64,000 nt of DNA from Lytechinus pictus (GCF_037042905.1 NC_087252.1:20090001-20154000), one strand, 5' to 3'. Shown: positions 1 to 14,222, numbered from the stretch's first letter. The notes: generated by a model not told the origin, from the sequence alone. Numbers and translations: made by a program.

Positions 1-454
1 CTGCATGCACTGAATCTTTAGAACCAGGTTCAGAAATTTGACAAATAAATGTCGTTTTCAAATGACTTGTAATTGGTTCTTTAGTGACCCTTTCTAAGAC
101 AGTTGACAATGTTGGATTAGAGGCCTCAAAAATGGCATCTCTTATGTCAGTGGGCGTATTATTACTTAAGGTTTGGCTTTAGATGGCTGTAAAAATGCCT
201 TATAATGCTCATATTGAGATCTTCCACTTTATTAGCTTTGTATTGCGATGAAATCTGACATTTTGTAATAGCCCATTGCAACTGTGGACGTGTTATATTT
301 GAGCAAATATCCATGTGGGCTAATCTCATTTCTGGTTAGGAAGGACAGTGAATTGTCATATTAAATAAATCTATTCGAGATTATGATAGCAGCTGAAGGT
401 CAAGCCTTTCGATAAATAGGTTAAAGATGAGTTTCAAAGTAAAGATAGATCCAG

Positions 455-610
455 GGTCCTGTAACACAAATGTTAGCGATTGATCGCTAATTTCAATGGA
501 CAATTCCTATTGGTTCCTAGTCATTCTGCTTAGCAAAATGCGCATGCAACGATGATCTTGATTGGTCATTTCATTTAGCGATTAATTGCTAACCTTTGTG
601 TTACGGCACC
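455..610. mobile_element. Harbinger-type MITE
   Basis: Imperfect TIRs (ggtcctgtaacacaaa / tttgtgttacggcacc); CAG TSD. Confidence 0.7.
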
Positions 611-1453
611 CAGATTAGATATTATAAGCCAACGGTTATAAATTGGAGAGTGAATGAGAGCTAGAGAGAAAGAGAGAGAGGGAGAGGGGGGGGGGGGAGG
701 GGGTGGATGGGGGGGGGGGGGGTAAAAACTATTACTGAAACAGTTCCAATACGATTACATAACGGCGTGTTGTTTTTTATTTCTTTTTCGATCATTTCCA
801 GGCCTGCCGATCCTCTTCATTATTCATCTACCTTTTATTTTATTACGTGATAAGATATAAAGACCTATAAATAGAAAATATGAACTTTCATCTGAATTCT
901 AATTGAAATCGGGTAATCGCTTGAAAACATGCAATCTCCTTATGCCCTCTACACACTAGAATACTTCGTGTATCCATGGTAACTTGCCAGCGGTATATGT
1001 CGATAAAGGATACATGGCCGTATGCAGCGGGGAGCTGGGGGAAAGGGGCAGCTGCCCCCCCCCCCCGATATTTACTGTAAATTTTCAATAAAATTCACAA
1101 AAAGTATGCACGGATTTGTTTCAATTTTACTTCAAAAATGCCAAAGGGACGCAATGACAAGCTCCGTCGCGTCGCTTCCTCGCTCTTTGTGCCTTTTAAT
1201 ATTTCTTCGCGTCTTGGCCCCCCCCCCTTAAATGATCAACATCGTTTTTTTTTTCAGTGTCACCCGTCGGCTGGTGAAAGCTTTTGAAATGTAAAATATG
1301 GAAAATTGAAACACCTTTATTTTTAATTAAAAGTAGCATGTTAAGGTTGCTCACGAAAAAGCAATGAATTCTATACCTAACCTTCCTGAAACCAACATTA
1401 CAAGCTCGCTTGTCATGTTTATCTAACGCTTTGATTTTTTTTTTCAAATGCAG

Positions 1454-4400
1454 AAATCAGATGGGACCTCACAAGCAGACCAACAGTACCCGCTGTTATT
1501 CTTAATATAGGTAATATTGTTATTTTATGGCAACTGAATAAAAGTTTGTTGTAAAATTTACAGAAAAAGTAATAAGAAATATCGGTGAAAGCTAAAATCT
1601 ATCAAAGATTAACAAAGTAATTAGAATTTGAAGTTTTTTTATTTGTTACGGTCATAAGAGCAGCTGCCCCATATATATTATGTCATGTAACATCCATGAG
1701 TTTCAAATTTTGAATCGTTCGTGTTTTTATTTCTTTCAGGAGCGGATGTGAAAATGAGATTTCATTGATTACATTCTACCATACGGTATATTGAGAAACT
1801 GCTCGTATATGACGTCACAAATCAAAAACTTCAAATTCTAATAATTTCTTTATTCTGTGATGAATTTTCCTCAAACCTGCAAGATGGTCATTACCAATGT
1901 ACGGCTTATTGCAACAATAATAATCACAACACGAAACAACAACTAGGTACATGTCGAACACACATGAACTACGAATTTTTATCTGCTTAGTTTTGTGCAA
2001 TTTTACACCATTGTAAGACTGTATTCACCTATGAATAACACGGTTTTTTATTGCATAGAATTCGGATATTTTGCCATTCTGCAAATACGTTATTCGCTGT
2101 CTGTCTGTACCATATACGTTAATATCTTTATTTCTTTCTTTTGTTGATACCTTTTCTTTTGCACAGATAGTATATCAGTCTCTTTATCACTCACATTCCC
2201 CTCATCAACGTACAAGGACACTTACTCAGATCGTAACTCACTAGATTACAGGGAGATAGAGTCAAACTTTACGAGAAATGTAAGTTGATTTAAGATCAAT
2301 TTCTCCTTTCAACCGCGTAAATTTCTGTTACAATTTTATTTGCAAACGTCGTTTGTTCTGAGCCCGGGACGAAATTACAATTTTGAATCACCGATTTTTG
2401 ACAAATTCTTCTTGGTTATCCTTTGTCATGAATGGCATTTGACAATACATTTTCTATGTTCTTGAATCCGTCGTGTGTTGTGGAGAGAACCCCAAAGCAT
2501 CCCTGATACCTTCACTAACCAGTACGCTATTTATCCTTGAATCATAACCTTACGTGTATGTCACCCAATGCTTAACTAATATCTTCATCCACGTTGCATT
2601 AAAAATACAGATAGATGGCGTCCTACAAAATGGCGAATTTTCAACCGTCTATGACAGAGTCACAGTTGATGATATAAGGTGGGTCCTTGCATTTTATTGG
2701 TAATTTTCCGTTATTCATGAGGATGTCTGACGAGGGCAATATGATTTCGAAATAAATTTTGATGAACCTAGCATATATATATACGTATACAGATACGAAT
2801 CATGGACCTACATCATTCACCAGACTCACTACTTAATTTTGTAATCCACATACAGTTTGTTTATGAGCAAGCATTGAAATTCTAATTAAAACTTTTGAGA
2901 CATGGCTTATTAACTCGCAATACTCTTTTCAGAATACACCTTATTCGATCTTTATACCTCGGTCACTTTTGCTCTACGGCGGCCGTAAGGCGAGTTGAAA
3001 ACAGCCGTTTTAACATTATTTGTACTAGCTACATATAGGTGGTTTGAATAAAAATGAATAAAACGGCTGTTCTCGACTCGCCGTACGGCCGCCGTGGAGC
3101 AAATGTGACCGAGGTATAAGGGTCAAGTATTTTGCATGTTGACTGACGATAATACCTCGGTCACATTTGCTCTACGGCCGCCGTACGGCGAGTCGAAAAC
3201 AGCCGTTTTATGCATTTTCATTCAAACCACATATATGCAGCTGGTACAAGAAATGTTAAAACGGAAGTTTTCGTCTGGCCGTACGGCCGCCGTAGAGCAA
3301 TTGTGACCGAGGTATAAATGTCAATCAACCTGCATAAGTTATTATATCTAATTCATACACGCTCGTGAAATGAAGATTTATAAACGCCCACATACGTACC
3401 TACACACATTTATGGTCGCCTACTTGCAGAGACAGTATACCTGTTCACAATAGGAATTTAATAGTGCCTTTTTGTTGCATTTTTGTACACTCTTAAAATG
3501 TTGGGCAACATACTGTCCACACAAGAATGGGTTGAAAAATTCATCAAACTCTAGGTAGTTTTCAACCAATACTGTGTAGTTTTCACCAAAAACACACATT
3601 ATTGGTTTAAAACTACCCAGAAAATAATAAAATTTTAACCAATTGTTGTGTGGACAGTATGTTTCCCAACATTTTTTAGAGTGAATAACAAAAGTTATCA
3701 ATATATTTATGACGATCATGCCTATCGAATATCAATTTCATAGATTCCCTATTATCATGCGTCATACATAGGCCTCGTCTGTGTATCTATATAACTTTGT
3801 CGATTAGAAAATGTTGGAAGAACAAAGAGTTAATTTCATTTCCTTCTTTTCTCTAGATCAGGTAGTATCATCATCGATATGACCATTCATCTTACTGGTA
3901 TACCAATACATCTCCATGGCAACCTAGCATCAGTTGGCATTCCTGAAATGGAGTTAATTCTCGGAATGAAGGTGCAAACCAATTTAGAAGATGGATACCC
4001 ATCAGATGACGTAGTGATTTTCAAATTAAATGGTGGTAAGTTGGAATATTAGAAGTGTAGTTACCCATCAAAACTTTTCACTATATCATTTGTCCTAAAA
4101 ACATTTTTTGGATAAAAGTTTATTTCCTATTCATTTCATTTATTTTATTTATTTATTTACTTATTTATTTATTCATTTCTTATTTATTTTTTTATTTTTT
4201 GGGGGTGTGGTTAGTTTGTTTATGTTTTTATTTGTTATTGTTGTTTTTTGTTTTGTTGTTTGTCTTTGCTCTTGTTTTTTTGCTACTTGGTACTTGCCGC
4301 ATCGGCATATCACAATTATTTTCACATTCTTTTTAATTTTGGTGCATGCGTTTAAGAAAAGTCTTCTTCTGACTCTTTAGTACATTTCCGTTTTCCATTC

Positions 4401-7400
4401 ATTTATCTTTTACCTGTTTACATTGTTACAATGATGCGAACATAATACTTCGATTATCTCTTTTGTTTGTGTTTATTGATGCTTTAATGATATGTTTGAT
4501 TGTTATTGTCTCTTTATCTGTACCTGATTTTGTGGTCAAATCTTGTTTTAATGAATTAGAAATAAATGCTGAATTGAATTGAAATGAATTAACTGCACAT
4601 CGCTAAACCTAAGCATGCTACATGTTCGTACGCGTGTTTCCTTCTTAATGATAGGGCCTATAGTAAATACGGTAGTTGTCATTTTAACTATTTATGAACA
4701 TACTATTACAGTAAAGATTTCCAATGTAAATAAAATGTTTATCTTATTATCATCAACTGTTATACTTTGGGCTGAGAGATCGTTTCTCACGATGCTAGCA
4801 TCATTATTTTACATTTTTCGTTCGTTAATTATTTGCAGGGACTCTGGTTAAAACATGTGCAAATGGACAATGGTGACAAAAAATATCTCTCTAACCGTCA
4901 AGTAGCTTGTTTTCACAGAACAAAGATATTACATCGTAATTTAAAGAACATATTTATCTGTTTTGTTTTTATTACAGCTAAAATCAGCGCTTCATCTCTG
5001 ACGACCATAGCACAAGGCAAGATTGCTATTATAATCAAACATTGAATTGAATACTATTCATTTATGATTTAGACTATTAGTCACCTACTTATCCATATCT
5101 GTGGTAACGTTTTCATTCTGTTTCTTACAGATTGTAAAGGGAAATTGTAGGCAAGGGGGGGGGGTGGTGGATCGATATTGTGTTAATATATAAATCCCAG
5201 TTTTTCGAAACGTTGATCTACATATATATTTTTTTATATATGTATTTGTTTGTATATTTTGTATTTTTAAATGTATCCACTGGACCCCTCAGAAGAACAG
5301 CCTGTTGCTGAAGAAACCAATCCAGCCCAAGAGTGGAAAATAAATAAATAAAATGAATAAAAAAATTAATAAGTAAATAAAAAACACAACTGATAAGTTG
5401 GATAAACTTTTATTTTCTACAAGGGGAGGGGGAGGGGGGGGGGGGTAGTGTCGGTGTACGGGGTACGTGATACATAAGTTATCTCAATCATTTCCCATTT
5501 CCCTGGATATTAATTTAGAGAAATATCCTGCTCCAAAAGCTATTGTTGACATCTTGACTACATTTTACAATTACATGATTCATGACAATAATCATGGAAA
5601 GTAATTTTTTCAGAGATCGCAGTTCAAAAAAGGCACAAGCGATTTGACTATAAAATCATGCAACTGTTTAATGGTTGCTTTGAGGCGTCAGAGTCACTGA
5701 TTTAAGAACGTGTATTTGTTTTGCTTTCCTTCAGAGATCAGTATTCCTATAGTTCACAATCCAAGATGTTTCCAATGTTCTTCTAGCCCTGACTGTATAC
5801 CACTCTCCTGGAAATGTGACGGCGATACGGATTGTAATGAGGGTGAAGATGAAATGAATTGCTGTAAGTACAAATTCAACTATTTGTTAGTATTAATTTT
5901 ATGAATTATAAAAAAAATGTGGTTCTCTGGGGAATAACAAAGCCCATTGGCTTGCAGTTCAATAATTCTTTCTGAAGGAACACAAATTTAATTAGGCCAT
6001 AAACGAAGGATCAAACTGAGCACTCACTCCAACATGCCTAATGGTCCCACTTATTCTGCATCGTGTTATATGATCCTAGCCAGGATCATATAACAATTCA
6101 GAATGCAAATGTTTGGACATGAGATAATGATGTGGAATATATAATACAGGCATTTTTTCAGCGAATTTATTTTTTTGTGAGGAGGAGGGGTGAAAATATT
6201 GTTTGGTTTGTTTGGAAAAGTTTTTACAACCCCCTCCTAAGGTGGGCTCATTGGGAAGAAGTGAGGTTTGTGTTTGCCCAAAAAAGAAGAGAAAGTTAAA
6301 TCATTTAAAAATTATTTATATTCTTATTAAAGAAGATATTATTTATACAAAAAAAAGAAATGCGACGAATATGGAGGGGGATCTGTCACTGAGCTAAATG
6401 CCTGCTCATGTGGGTATATATCTCTATGGTCGACGCTCCAAAAAAAAAGAAGTATTTTCACGAAAGTATCACAATATGGCATCCGAACGTCAATTACTTC
6501 ATATCACAACTCTGTTTTCCCGAGAAAATGTGACTTTCCATAAACATAGGAACAAAACACACAAATTTATATTTTAGATCTAATATACGTTTCCAAATCT
6601 ATCATTACTGTTTCAAGCATGCGATGAAGGTTTCTTATGCAGTAGTGGAGTTTGCGTGGATCAGAGCTATCGATGTGACGGGTTGCCTGACTGTGATGCA
6701 GGGGAGGATGAAATGAACTGTAAGTTTATGATTAAACGATCATCGACGAGTTCTTCCCAAAATTATACCTTTGAATACAGTTGTAAACTGTCAAAACAAT
6801 AGCAAAAACAACACAAAAACAGCCGAAAAACGTTTTGCTGTAGCAGCTGCCAAGACTTGGAATACCATCCCTCTTCCAATAAAAATTGCTTCCAGTATTC
6901 TTGGCTTCAAATCTTCCCTTATAACATACCCTTTTTCCTCAATGATTAATTTCCCTTTTTATCTCGAATGACTGATTGTGGTTATTATTGCAAATGTTAA
7001 ATTAATATTCGTACATTGTACGCGCTATGATACTTTTTTGTTTTTAGCGCCAATAAATATCCATTGTTATTATTATTATTATTATAATTATTATTATTAG
7101 CAACCATTTTGATTATAAGTCATACCATGGAGTTATCTCTATGGTCATCCGGTCGACTTCAATTTTTTTAACGAAGAAACACTTGTATTTGCATTGCATT
7201 AATTAAATCACGGGAATACTTACATTTAGTTATAACAGACTGCTTTTCAGCAAGTCCGTGATAATAAAAAAAACATGCAAAAGTGAGACAATACGAAAAT
7301 ATTTAAAAGTATAAGAAGTAGCATATAAAATAAAACAACTTTACCAGTCTAAACCATATCGTCAAAATAAATGTTATCCATATTTTATTTACCAATTATA

Positions 7401-10400
7401 TGCTCATTTCCTCATTTACATGTGTATATTTCATTCATAATCACGCCTCAGCTCATTTTGCATTTCTCACTCTTTTCTCACCCAGGCACGTGTAACTCAG
7501 TTGCAGAATACAGATGTCCGTCCACCCAATCTTGCATTCCAAAGGGCGCCCTCTGTGACTTTAATCCTGACTGCCCTCATCATGAAGATGAATCTGAGAG
7601 TGTTTGTCATTTCGATTCATTTGCTGGTAAGCTTACCTTTTCTGCTAAAATTAGCTACAAATCATTGTATATATAAATAAAAGCGAAAAGAGGGTGTAAT
7701 ATGACCATACCGTCAGTGTGAGCGTAGCCGGGGAGTGTAGGCATTGTTTATCCAGTTCGTCTATGCCTATCCAAATCACACATTCCCTATCTCTTGAAGA
7801 GTTTTAACCTCGCCGTTTATTTGAAAATGCTAATAATGAAATTGAAAAATGAAAATGAATGAAAATGTTAAATTTTCAATTAATTTCCAGTCTTCTTCCG
7901 CTTTTTCTTTGTCTTTTTGTTGTTGTTCTTTCTTCTTCTTCTCCCCATTTCCCTTCTTTTTCCTTTTCTTCTTCTTCTTCTTCTTTCCCCTCCTCCTCCT
8001 TATTCTTCCTCTTTCCTTCCCCCTTGTTATTATTATCATTGTTATTATTATTATTCTACTTTCCCTTCTTCTTCCATTGTGATAGCTGCTTCAACATGCT
8101 GAAGATAACTTAATTCTAGACAAGTTTCGATTATTTTTCCCTGTATGAAGATAGGGTTGCTTTCTCAAGGGCAAACCAACCCAGCTTATTATCCGATATC
8201 TGATTGAAATAATCAAAGAAAGGTTAAGAAAATATTTTCCATGCATTATTTCAGGAAGATGATCACTCTCTTTATGACTGTTTGTTGGATCCCATTGACA
8301 TCTAGTAACGCATCTTTTTCTCTAAATTTTTTGTTGACTTCTTAATATCACAGGCTTAATGAAAGAGAAATATAGGCCTAAGTTTGCATATTTTAATTGG
8401 AACCACAAGCAAGGAACTGAACCTGGCCTCTATTAGTACTATCAGTATTAAGAAAATTGAATACTAAATTTTAAACAATCTTTCTTTTTTATGACAGAAA
8501 ACACGAATCTTACAATCGGTAGCAGCCGTGCCATTAGTCTACCAATCAATCGGCAGGAGACCGGATTTATTGGACCCGGTTCCTTCGGTCTTTGGTTCTT
8601 TAGCTCTCCCGAAAACCCGGCTGAATTTCTTATTAACATTACGATCAGCTTCAGGGGCAGCGGTGGATCTTTTGTCAAATTGGGGACCGGTCTCAATGCA
8701 ACGCGGGGCCATCTGGCCGCGTTTACCGAATCCGACGCCATGAGCCCAGGTGATTTGAATCCGTTTTACGCGAGGAGTGAGAATATCTGGGTGATCATCT
8801 ACCAGAGCGATTATGACATCGTAGAGGGCGCTTTCAGTGTGACTGCAGTTCTAGCAACGGGTATGTTAACTCAAATTTTCGAAGTCCTTACAATGTAGAT
8901 CCTTCCACGAGACGAGGCTGCGTCTCATATGACGCGATTATCACAAACCGGTTGACTAATAAGAAAAGACTGATCGCGCAAACCCGGGTGAACGATCACA
9001 CGGGTTTCGTCAGCTCGCTTTTTCCATTCCATTCGATTCCTTGTTTTTATTTGGCAATAAGTCATGATTCACAATTTTTGCCACACACTGGATGAAAAGT
9101 AGGGTAACAATTTTATTTAGTATTATTATTATTTTTTTTTCTCATTATTTCTTTATATTCATTCATTTTTTTCTATGAAAGAAAGAAAACACAACAACAT
9201 TTAAATACATATGAAACAAAAAACTGAGGAATAAGATATCAGCAAACAATAGGGGGATTACTTCCAAAAACGATAAGGTTGTTGATCGACGATCTATGAG
9301 ATATTATACAAAACAAAAACATTCTATCAAGAGGGAATAACGTTTTAACAAGTTTTCCGGTACTTTGAATTCTCAGTGTACCAAGCACCATTTGTGATAA
9401 ATTCAGCATTTTTATTTTTAATAGATTAGTTACAATTCCAATAATTTCAGTGGCCTAAGATATATTTTCTGGGGTTATATTGACCCGTAAAGTAAAGACA
9501 GAAAGAAAGAGGGGATTTATGTGATGAAGAAGTGATAAGATAGAAAAAAAAATGATTTGAAATTACTGAAAGAGAGACAGGCAAAGAAAGAAGAGTCCCC
9601 TCCCACACCCGTACCAGAGTTACGGGGTTACGACTCTCCCGTCGGTGGACTCAGGTCCATCAACATCTTGAGGTTTTATCTTTCCAGGGGACAAACGCCT
9701 TTAACCTACCTACATAAAAAATAAAAAAGGGCCCTTGTGGGAGGAAGCCCTTCCTCCTCCTTGTGACCCTCAGTCAGTCGATTGACACTTGTCTGTAAGG
9801 AGAAAGAGCCTTCAAACATGAAATCCAGCAAATACAAAAAGGGGAAGTGTCAATACACTTGGATGGTTATTTTATTATTTTCATTTTGTTTCTATTATTT
9901 TTTTTGGGGGGTAGGGGGTAATAACTATTAGTCTATTCCATGAAGTCTCGTTTCAGCCACTATTTGACGAAGAATATATCCAGGTTACGAGGCCTTTCAA
10001 TAGGCTAACCTTAGCCCAACGTCCTCCACGTTAAAGCAAAATAAGCCTTTGCCATCAACCCAAGAGGATAACAACACAATGCAAGATTTAACCATCCATT
10101 CTAATGGTATTTCCACTAAAATTTATTTTCTTTCGCGTGTTCCAAATTTAGTGGGTTTTTTTCTTCTCCATTACCATAATCATGTTCCTATTCACGGAAG
10201 TTGCTTCGCAATGTGTGCCAATTTTTCGGCTATCAAGGTTGACACGTACGATTAAATGGTTAATGTCTAGTGATTCTTCTTTCGTTTATCACATGTTCAG
10301 ATTGCGCAGATGGAGAAATCGCCTGCCAGTTCTCACCGGAATGCATCCCGCCCGGAGGACGTTGCGATGGTAACGAAGATTGTACATTCACTGGTGAGGA

Positions 10401-10509
10401 TGAGACACTTTGCCTCTCTCCTCCCGATCCCGATGAAATGAACAATAATTATACAGAGTACTCAAGCAGCTCGGATTCGTTTAGCTCATCAGCCTATTTC
10501 GGGAACTAA
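1454..10509 (+). CDS. Spliced gene: SEA domain + 3 LDLa repeats + CUB-like domain + LDLa repeat (enteropeptidase-stem-like extracellular protein); 5' end unresolved
   Basis: Phase-compatible AG/GT exons: 1454-1510 (less certain), 2167-2279 ([38 protein letters not shown]), 2611-2678, 3857-4035 (RSGSIIID, the SEA GSxxx motif), 5735-5863 ([23 protein letters not shown]), 6618-6719 ([22 protein letters not shown]), 7486-7626 ([21 protein letters not shown]), 8498-8860 (CUB-like), 10301-10509 ([14 protein letters not shown], stop TAA). Confidence 0.85.
2953..3316. mobile_element. Two adjacent, oppositely oriented copies of a palindromic MITE (2953-3118 and 3152-3316)
   Basis: TIR TACCTCGGTCAC.TTTGCTCTACGGC... 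/ ...GAGCAA.TGTGACCGAGGTA in each copy. Confidence 0.8.
3488..3683. mobile_element. CAC-terminated palindromic MITE
   Basis: cactcttaaaatgttgggcaacatactgtccacacaa / ttgtgtggacagtatgtttcccaacattttttagagtg. Confidence 0.7.
5240..5380 (+). mobile_element. LINE/SINE 3' tail with stem-loop; second copy at 62360-62480
   Basis: Near-identical AATGTATCCACTGGACCCCTCAGAAGAACAGCCTGT.GCTGAAGA...GAGTGGAAAATAAATAAATAAA at both sites. Confidence 0.6.
6800..7100 (+). mobile_element. L2/CR1 LINE 3' fragment
   Basis: [33 protein letters not shown], then AATAAA and a (TTA)n tail. Confidence 0.7.
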
Positions 10510-10537
10510 GACAACCGAATTAAACTATTAAATTTAT

Positions 10538-10930
10538 GGTAATAATGATAATGATGATGATAATAATAATAATGATAATAATAGTAATAATAATAATGAT
10601 ACTAATAATAATATGATTATAATAATAATAATGATAATAGTAATAATAATAATAATAATGATACTAATAATAATATGATTATAATAATAATAATAATTAT
10701 AATAATGATAATAATAATAATAACAATAATAATAATGAAAATAACGCAATTCTGTGTAGGGCATATCACATAATGGTGTAACGTCCCTATGCGCTTCCAA
10801 TGATAACATCGCCTCAGCATTTGTCAAGCAGCCTCAAAGAATAGATCCCTGTCTCGTTCTCATTTACCTCACCTGAGTTGAGTGCAGCACGCAAATATTG
10901 CATCATGGCTGGGTTTCGAACCAACGACCC
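10538..10930 (-). mobile_element. tRNA-derived SINE remnant with expanded (TTA)n tail
   Basis: B-box (GGTTCGAAACCC on minus, about 10911-10922), SINE-like body, (TAA)n tract 10538-10740. Confidence 0.55.
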
Positions 10931-11500
10931 CTATCCAAATGTTAAAAACAACACATTATGTACATAATAAAATCAAAATATAGTTCTCGACGCAGAACGG
11001 ATTCCAGAACACAGTAAATGCTTTGAAAATGCCCATCAAATGACAACAGGTGACAGCTCTTTGTCAAACATTTGTGAACTGGAACAAGTTTCATTCTAAC
11101 TTTCGAAGCTGACGAATATTGCAAATATGTAGTTTCTCCAGGGACAGGGGTCATGGTTCGGGAAAGCGGGGAAGCGGGGGTGCTAAAGCACCCCCAAAAA
11201 AGTTAATTGGGGTGCTGCGTGTATTATTCTCCATAGGCAGCACCCCCAGGTATTCTAGAAGATGTGTAAAAATTGAATTGTGACCAAAATGACATTCATT
11301 TCTTTATGATTTGTTTTTCTTTTAAAATTTCTCAGGACCAAGTTAACCTCCATTTTGTAGTGACAAACCCCCTTTTTTTTTGGGTTTTCAAATTTACATC
11401 AGCACCCCCAGTAAAAAAATCGTTTTCAGGGCCCTGCTTCTTTGATTCACCAATTTCTGACAAAGACTTCTTGGTTGCCCAGTGTCAAAAGATCATTGAC

Positions 11501-11695
11501 CAGTGGCGTACCTAGGATTTTCCACAGGGGGGGCAAAATCGGCCGCCAAAAAAATTGACAAGCAAAAAAAAAAAAAAAAAAAGGTCTTGAAGTTCGTCAG
11601 AGGGGGCAGTGATATGTATTTTGTATGGGTTGTGGCTCGTCAGGGGGGGCAGAGTGCCCCCCCCCTGCCCCCCCCCCCCCGTAGGTACGCTAGTG
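11501..11695. mobile_element. hAT MITE
   Basis: TIR CAGTGGCGTACCTA / TAGGTACGCTAGTG; perfect 8-bp TSD TCATTGAC. Confidence 0.85.
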
Positions 11696-11781
11696 TCATT
11701 GACATTACATTTTTTAACCCTCCGTGCATCGTGGAGATAAAACTCTCTTATCCCAAACGTTAATGATCGTGTTGGCCTACA

Positions 11782-12010
11782 ATAGAGTACCGAAGTGTGA
11801 CGTCAGTTGCCATGGTGTCATGGCGGGCTGGTTCTAAACAGAGTCGCAGCTGACGATCGTCTGAAAAATAGGTTGCAAGCGATCAAATTCCGATAGCAGC
11901 CATTTTCTCATACATGTATGCGAAACACACGCTTTCATTTGGCGGGTTCATTTGTTTAGAATCAGGCCGGCATGACACCATGGCAACTGACATCATCGAA
12001 TTGGTACTCT
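11782..12010. mobile_element. Palindromic MITE
   Basis: agagtacc...gtcagttgccatggtgtcatg..ttctaaaca, with its inverse at 11953-12009. Confidence 0.7.
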
Positions 12011-14057
12011 TTACTAACTTCCATGTTCGATGCGACTGGAGGTTCTGATTGAGTTCAGAAACTGAATAATATACCCAAGACTTCATAATAGTCAGTTGTG
12101 TACATTCGAACTATACAACAATTTACTTAAATAGAGGAGTCCACGAGACTGCGGTGAATTCACCGTGGAAAGAAATTCGATACATTTATTTTGCGAAACT
12201 TTAACATGACTTGTCTGAATTTATTGATATTCCTAGTGAAATGCGTTTTTAAAACTTTTAAGGAATAAGTTGCAACATTGTAAAAGTAATCTACTCTTGT
12301 TGGTATCGGAATTTATTTTCCATATCACAATGTTTATAATACAATACAAGGTTTATGTATGTACATAATAAAATTCAAAAGTATGGTGAAATGGCTGGAC
12401 AAACCCTCTTAGCTTTGTTAAATTAACGACTTTTTTTCTTTTCCAGGTTCCAGAACATACATAGAAACAGTTTTTGTACGTCACGAAAAATGAAATTACA
12501 AATCCAATTTGAAAAGACAGCAACAAACATGGTAAGCGTAAAGTTGCCAAACGGTTTTCTGTGTGTCAATACATAGTCAGCGATTTGTACTTTCGAATCT
12601 AAATGACATAATTGATACCAAAATGAACTAGACTAGTTTGCTTAAAACTGATTCTTTGAGTGTTATATATTAAACTTTCAAACCCTAAACCTCGAGTGAT
12701 TTTTTTTAAAGAAGGACATTGTATATCAAAACTATTTGTTTTCTTGTTTCTTCCTACAAAGTTATTTATATTTCGAATATATATTCAATTACATTTTTTT
12801 TAACTTGACGAGACATATTATCTATTTTCCACATTATGCAGTAACAGTAAGTGCTTGTCGAATATAATTGTGTCGTAGGCCATTCATCAGAGATATTATA
12901 ATTGACAATGAAAACAGTTAATGTATAACATTTATCATCATACGATGACAAATGAATTAAATCATGTGAACATTTCATGGTATAATTCAACTTGAAAATA
13001 AGAACATCTGAAACCTCAACTTGCAATCTATGATAATCAATCGATATTTTAACCCCTCCCCCCCGACAATCCATGTAGGGATTTAATGGTGTACCAGTAA
13101 CCTACTTGTGCATCCTCATCAACATCATTCAACATGAACAAATCGATTTAATTTTTTTTTTATTAATGTTCGGTACTGTAATAACCTGAACACGACTAGC
13201 ATGAAGTGAATAGAAATTCTGGTTGTCAAAAACAGATTGAATTATTATATTCAAGACGCGTTTCTGATAGAAGATTCGAACAATTGTGCTGAATTTGAAT
13301 TTATTCAAATTCCATTATTTCTCTTTTTTATCTTTGCACGTTTTAATCCTCACAAAAACAATCAAAATGTACAAAACATGCGTTGCAATGCAATTACACA
13401 AAACTTTTACACACTGTGTTGCGTGAAAAATATCGTAAATAAAACCAAGGGATATTTGAAATCCATTATGAAGGTAACCGATTTCATGTTTATTGAATGT
13501 TTATTATAAGAACAAAATTGTAATGAACATAAAGCAGGATATATTCTATTTGAATTGTAAATATTTTTATAGCTTTATCAACTATAAGTATGTATCAATA
13601 TGTATTACTAATTAAAGTATTATTTATTAATATTCTATAAAATATGTGTTACTTGTAATATATTTTTTTAATATGAGAAGTACTTTGTTTATAATGTTTC
13701 AAAATACTTGATGATATTTGATATTTTTTTTCCATTTTACACCTTCCTTTCCTAAAATATTTCAAACACGGCCATGTAATATCCTCAATATAAAAAATAA
13801 AGGATATGATTTGTGTTTGTAAATTGATGTATCAAGTATGAAAAAAAGTCTTATTTTGCAAACAAGCATGCTTATATTTTGTTCTATCAAACTACTGTCA
13901 GACTGCAAAGGGGTGAGACAAAAAAATATGGAACATGTAGAGAGAGGGGGGGGGGGGGGCGAGATGGGAGAGAGAGAGATATGTAAACGTTAATAGACTG
14001 GTATGTCCTAGATCATGCAGATTGATAGGTCATTTGAAATGCTTCCCGCATTGGTTG

Positions 14058-14222
14058 AAGGTCAAGTCCACCCCAGGAAAATGCTGATTTGAATAAAGAG
14101 AGAAAAATCAAACTAGCATAGCGCTGAAATTTTCAAAAAAAAATGAAATTTTCAGTGTTATGCTTGTTGGATTTTTCTCTTTTTATTCAAATCAACTTTT
14201 TGTTGGGGTGGACTTGTCCTTT
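14058..14222. mobile_element. Kolobok-like MITE; related AAAG..CTTTAA elements at about 15490-16083 and 38407-38790
   Basis: aaggtcaagtccacccca / tggggtggacttgtcctttaa. Confidence 0.55.

Noticed and set aside
2720..2760. CTGACGA...GAAA hammerhead-like motif
   Set aside because: Stem II is weak, with no stem I or cleavage triplet support
4839..4877. Cys-containing exon-like segment [12 protein letters not shown]
   Set aside because: In-frame stop and no good donor; at most a decayed exon
7830..8113. Several overlapping ORFs (also at 4108, 10534, 28345, 32007, 33646, 48099)
   Set aside because: Artefacts of low-complexity pyrimidine or trinucleotide tracts
12446..12530. Isolated + strand exon-like segment (ttccag...ATG|gtaag)
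   Set aside because: No compatible downstream coding exons found
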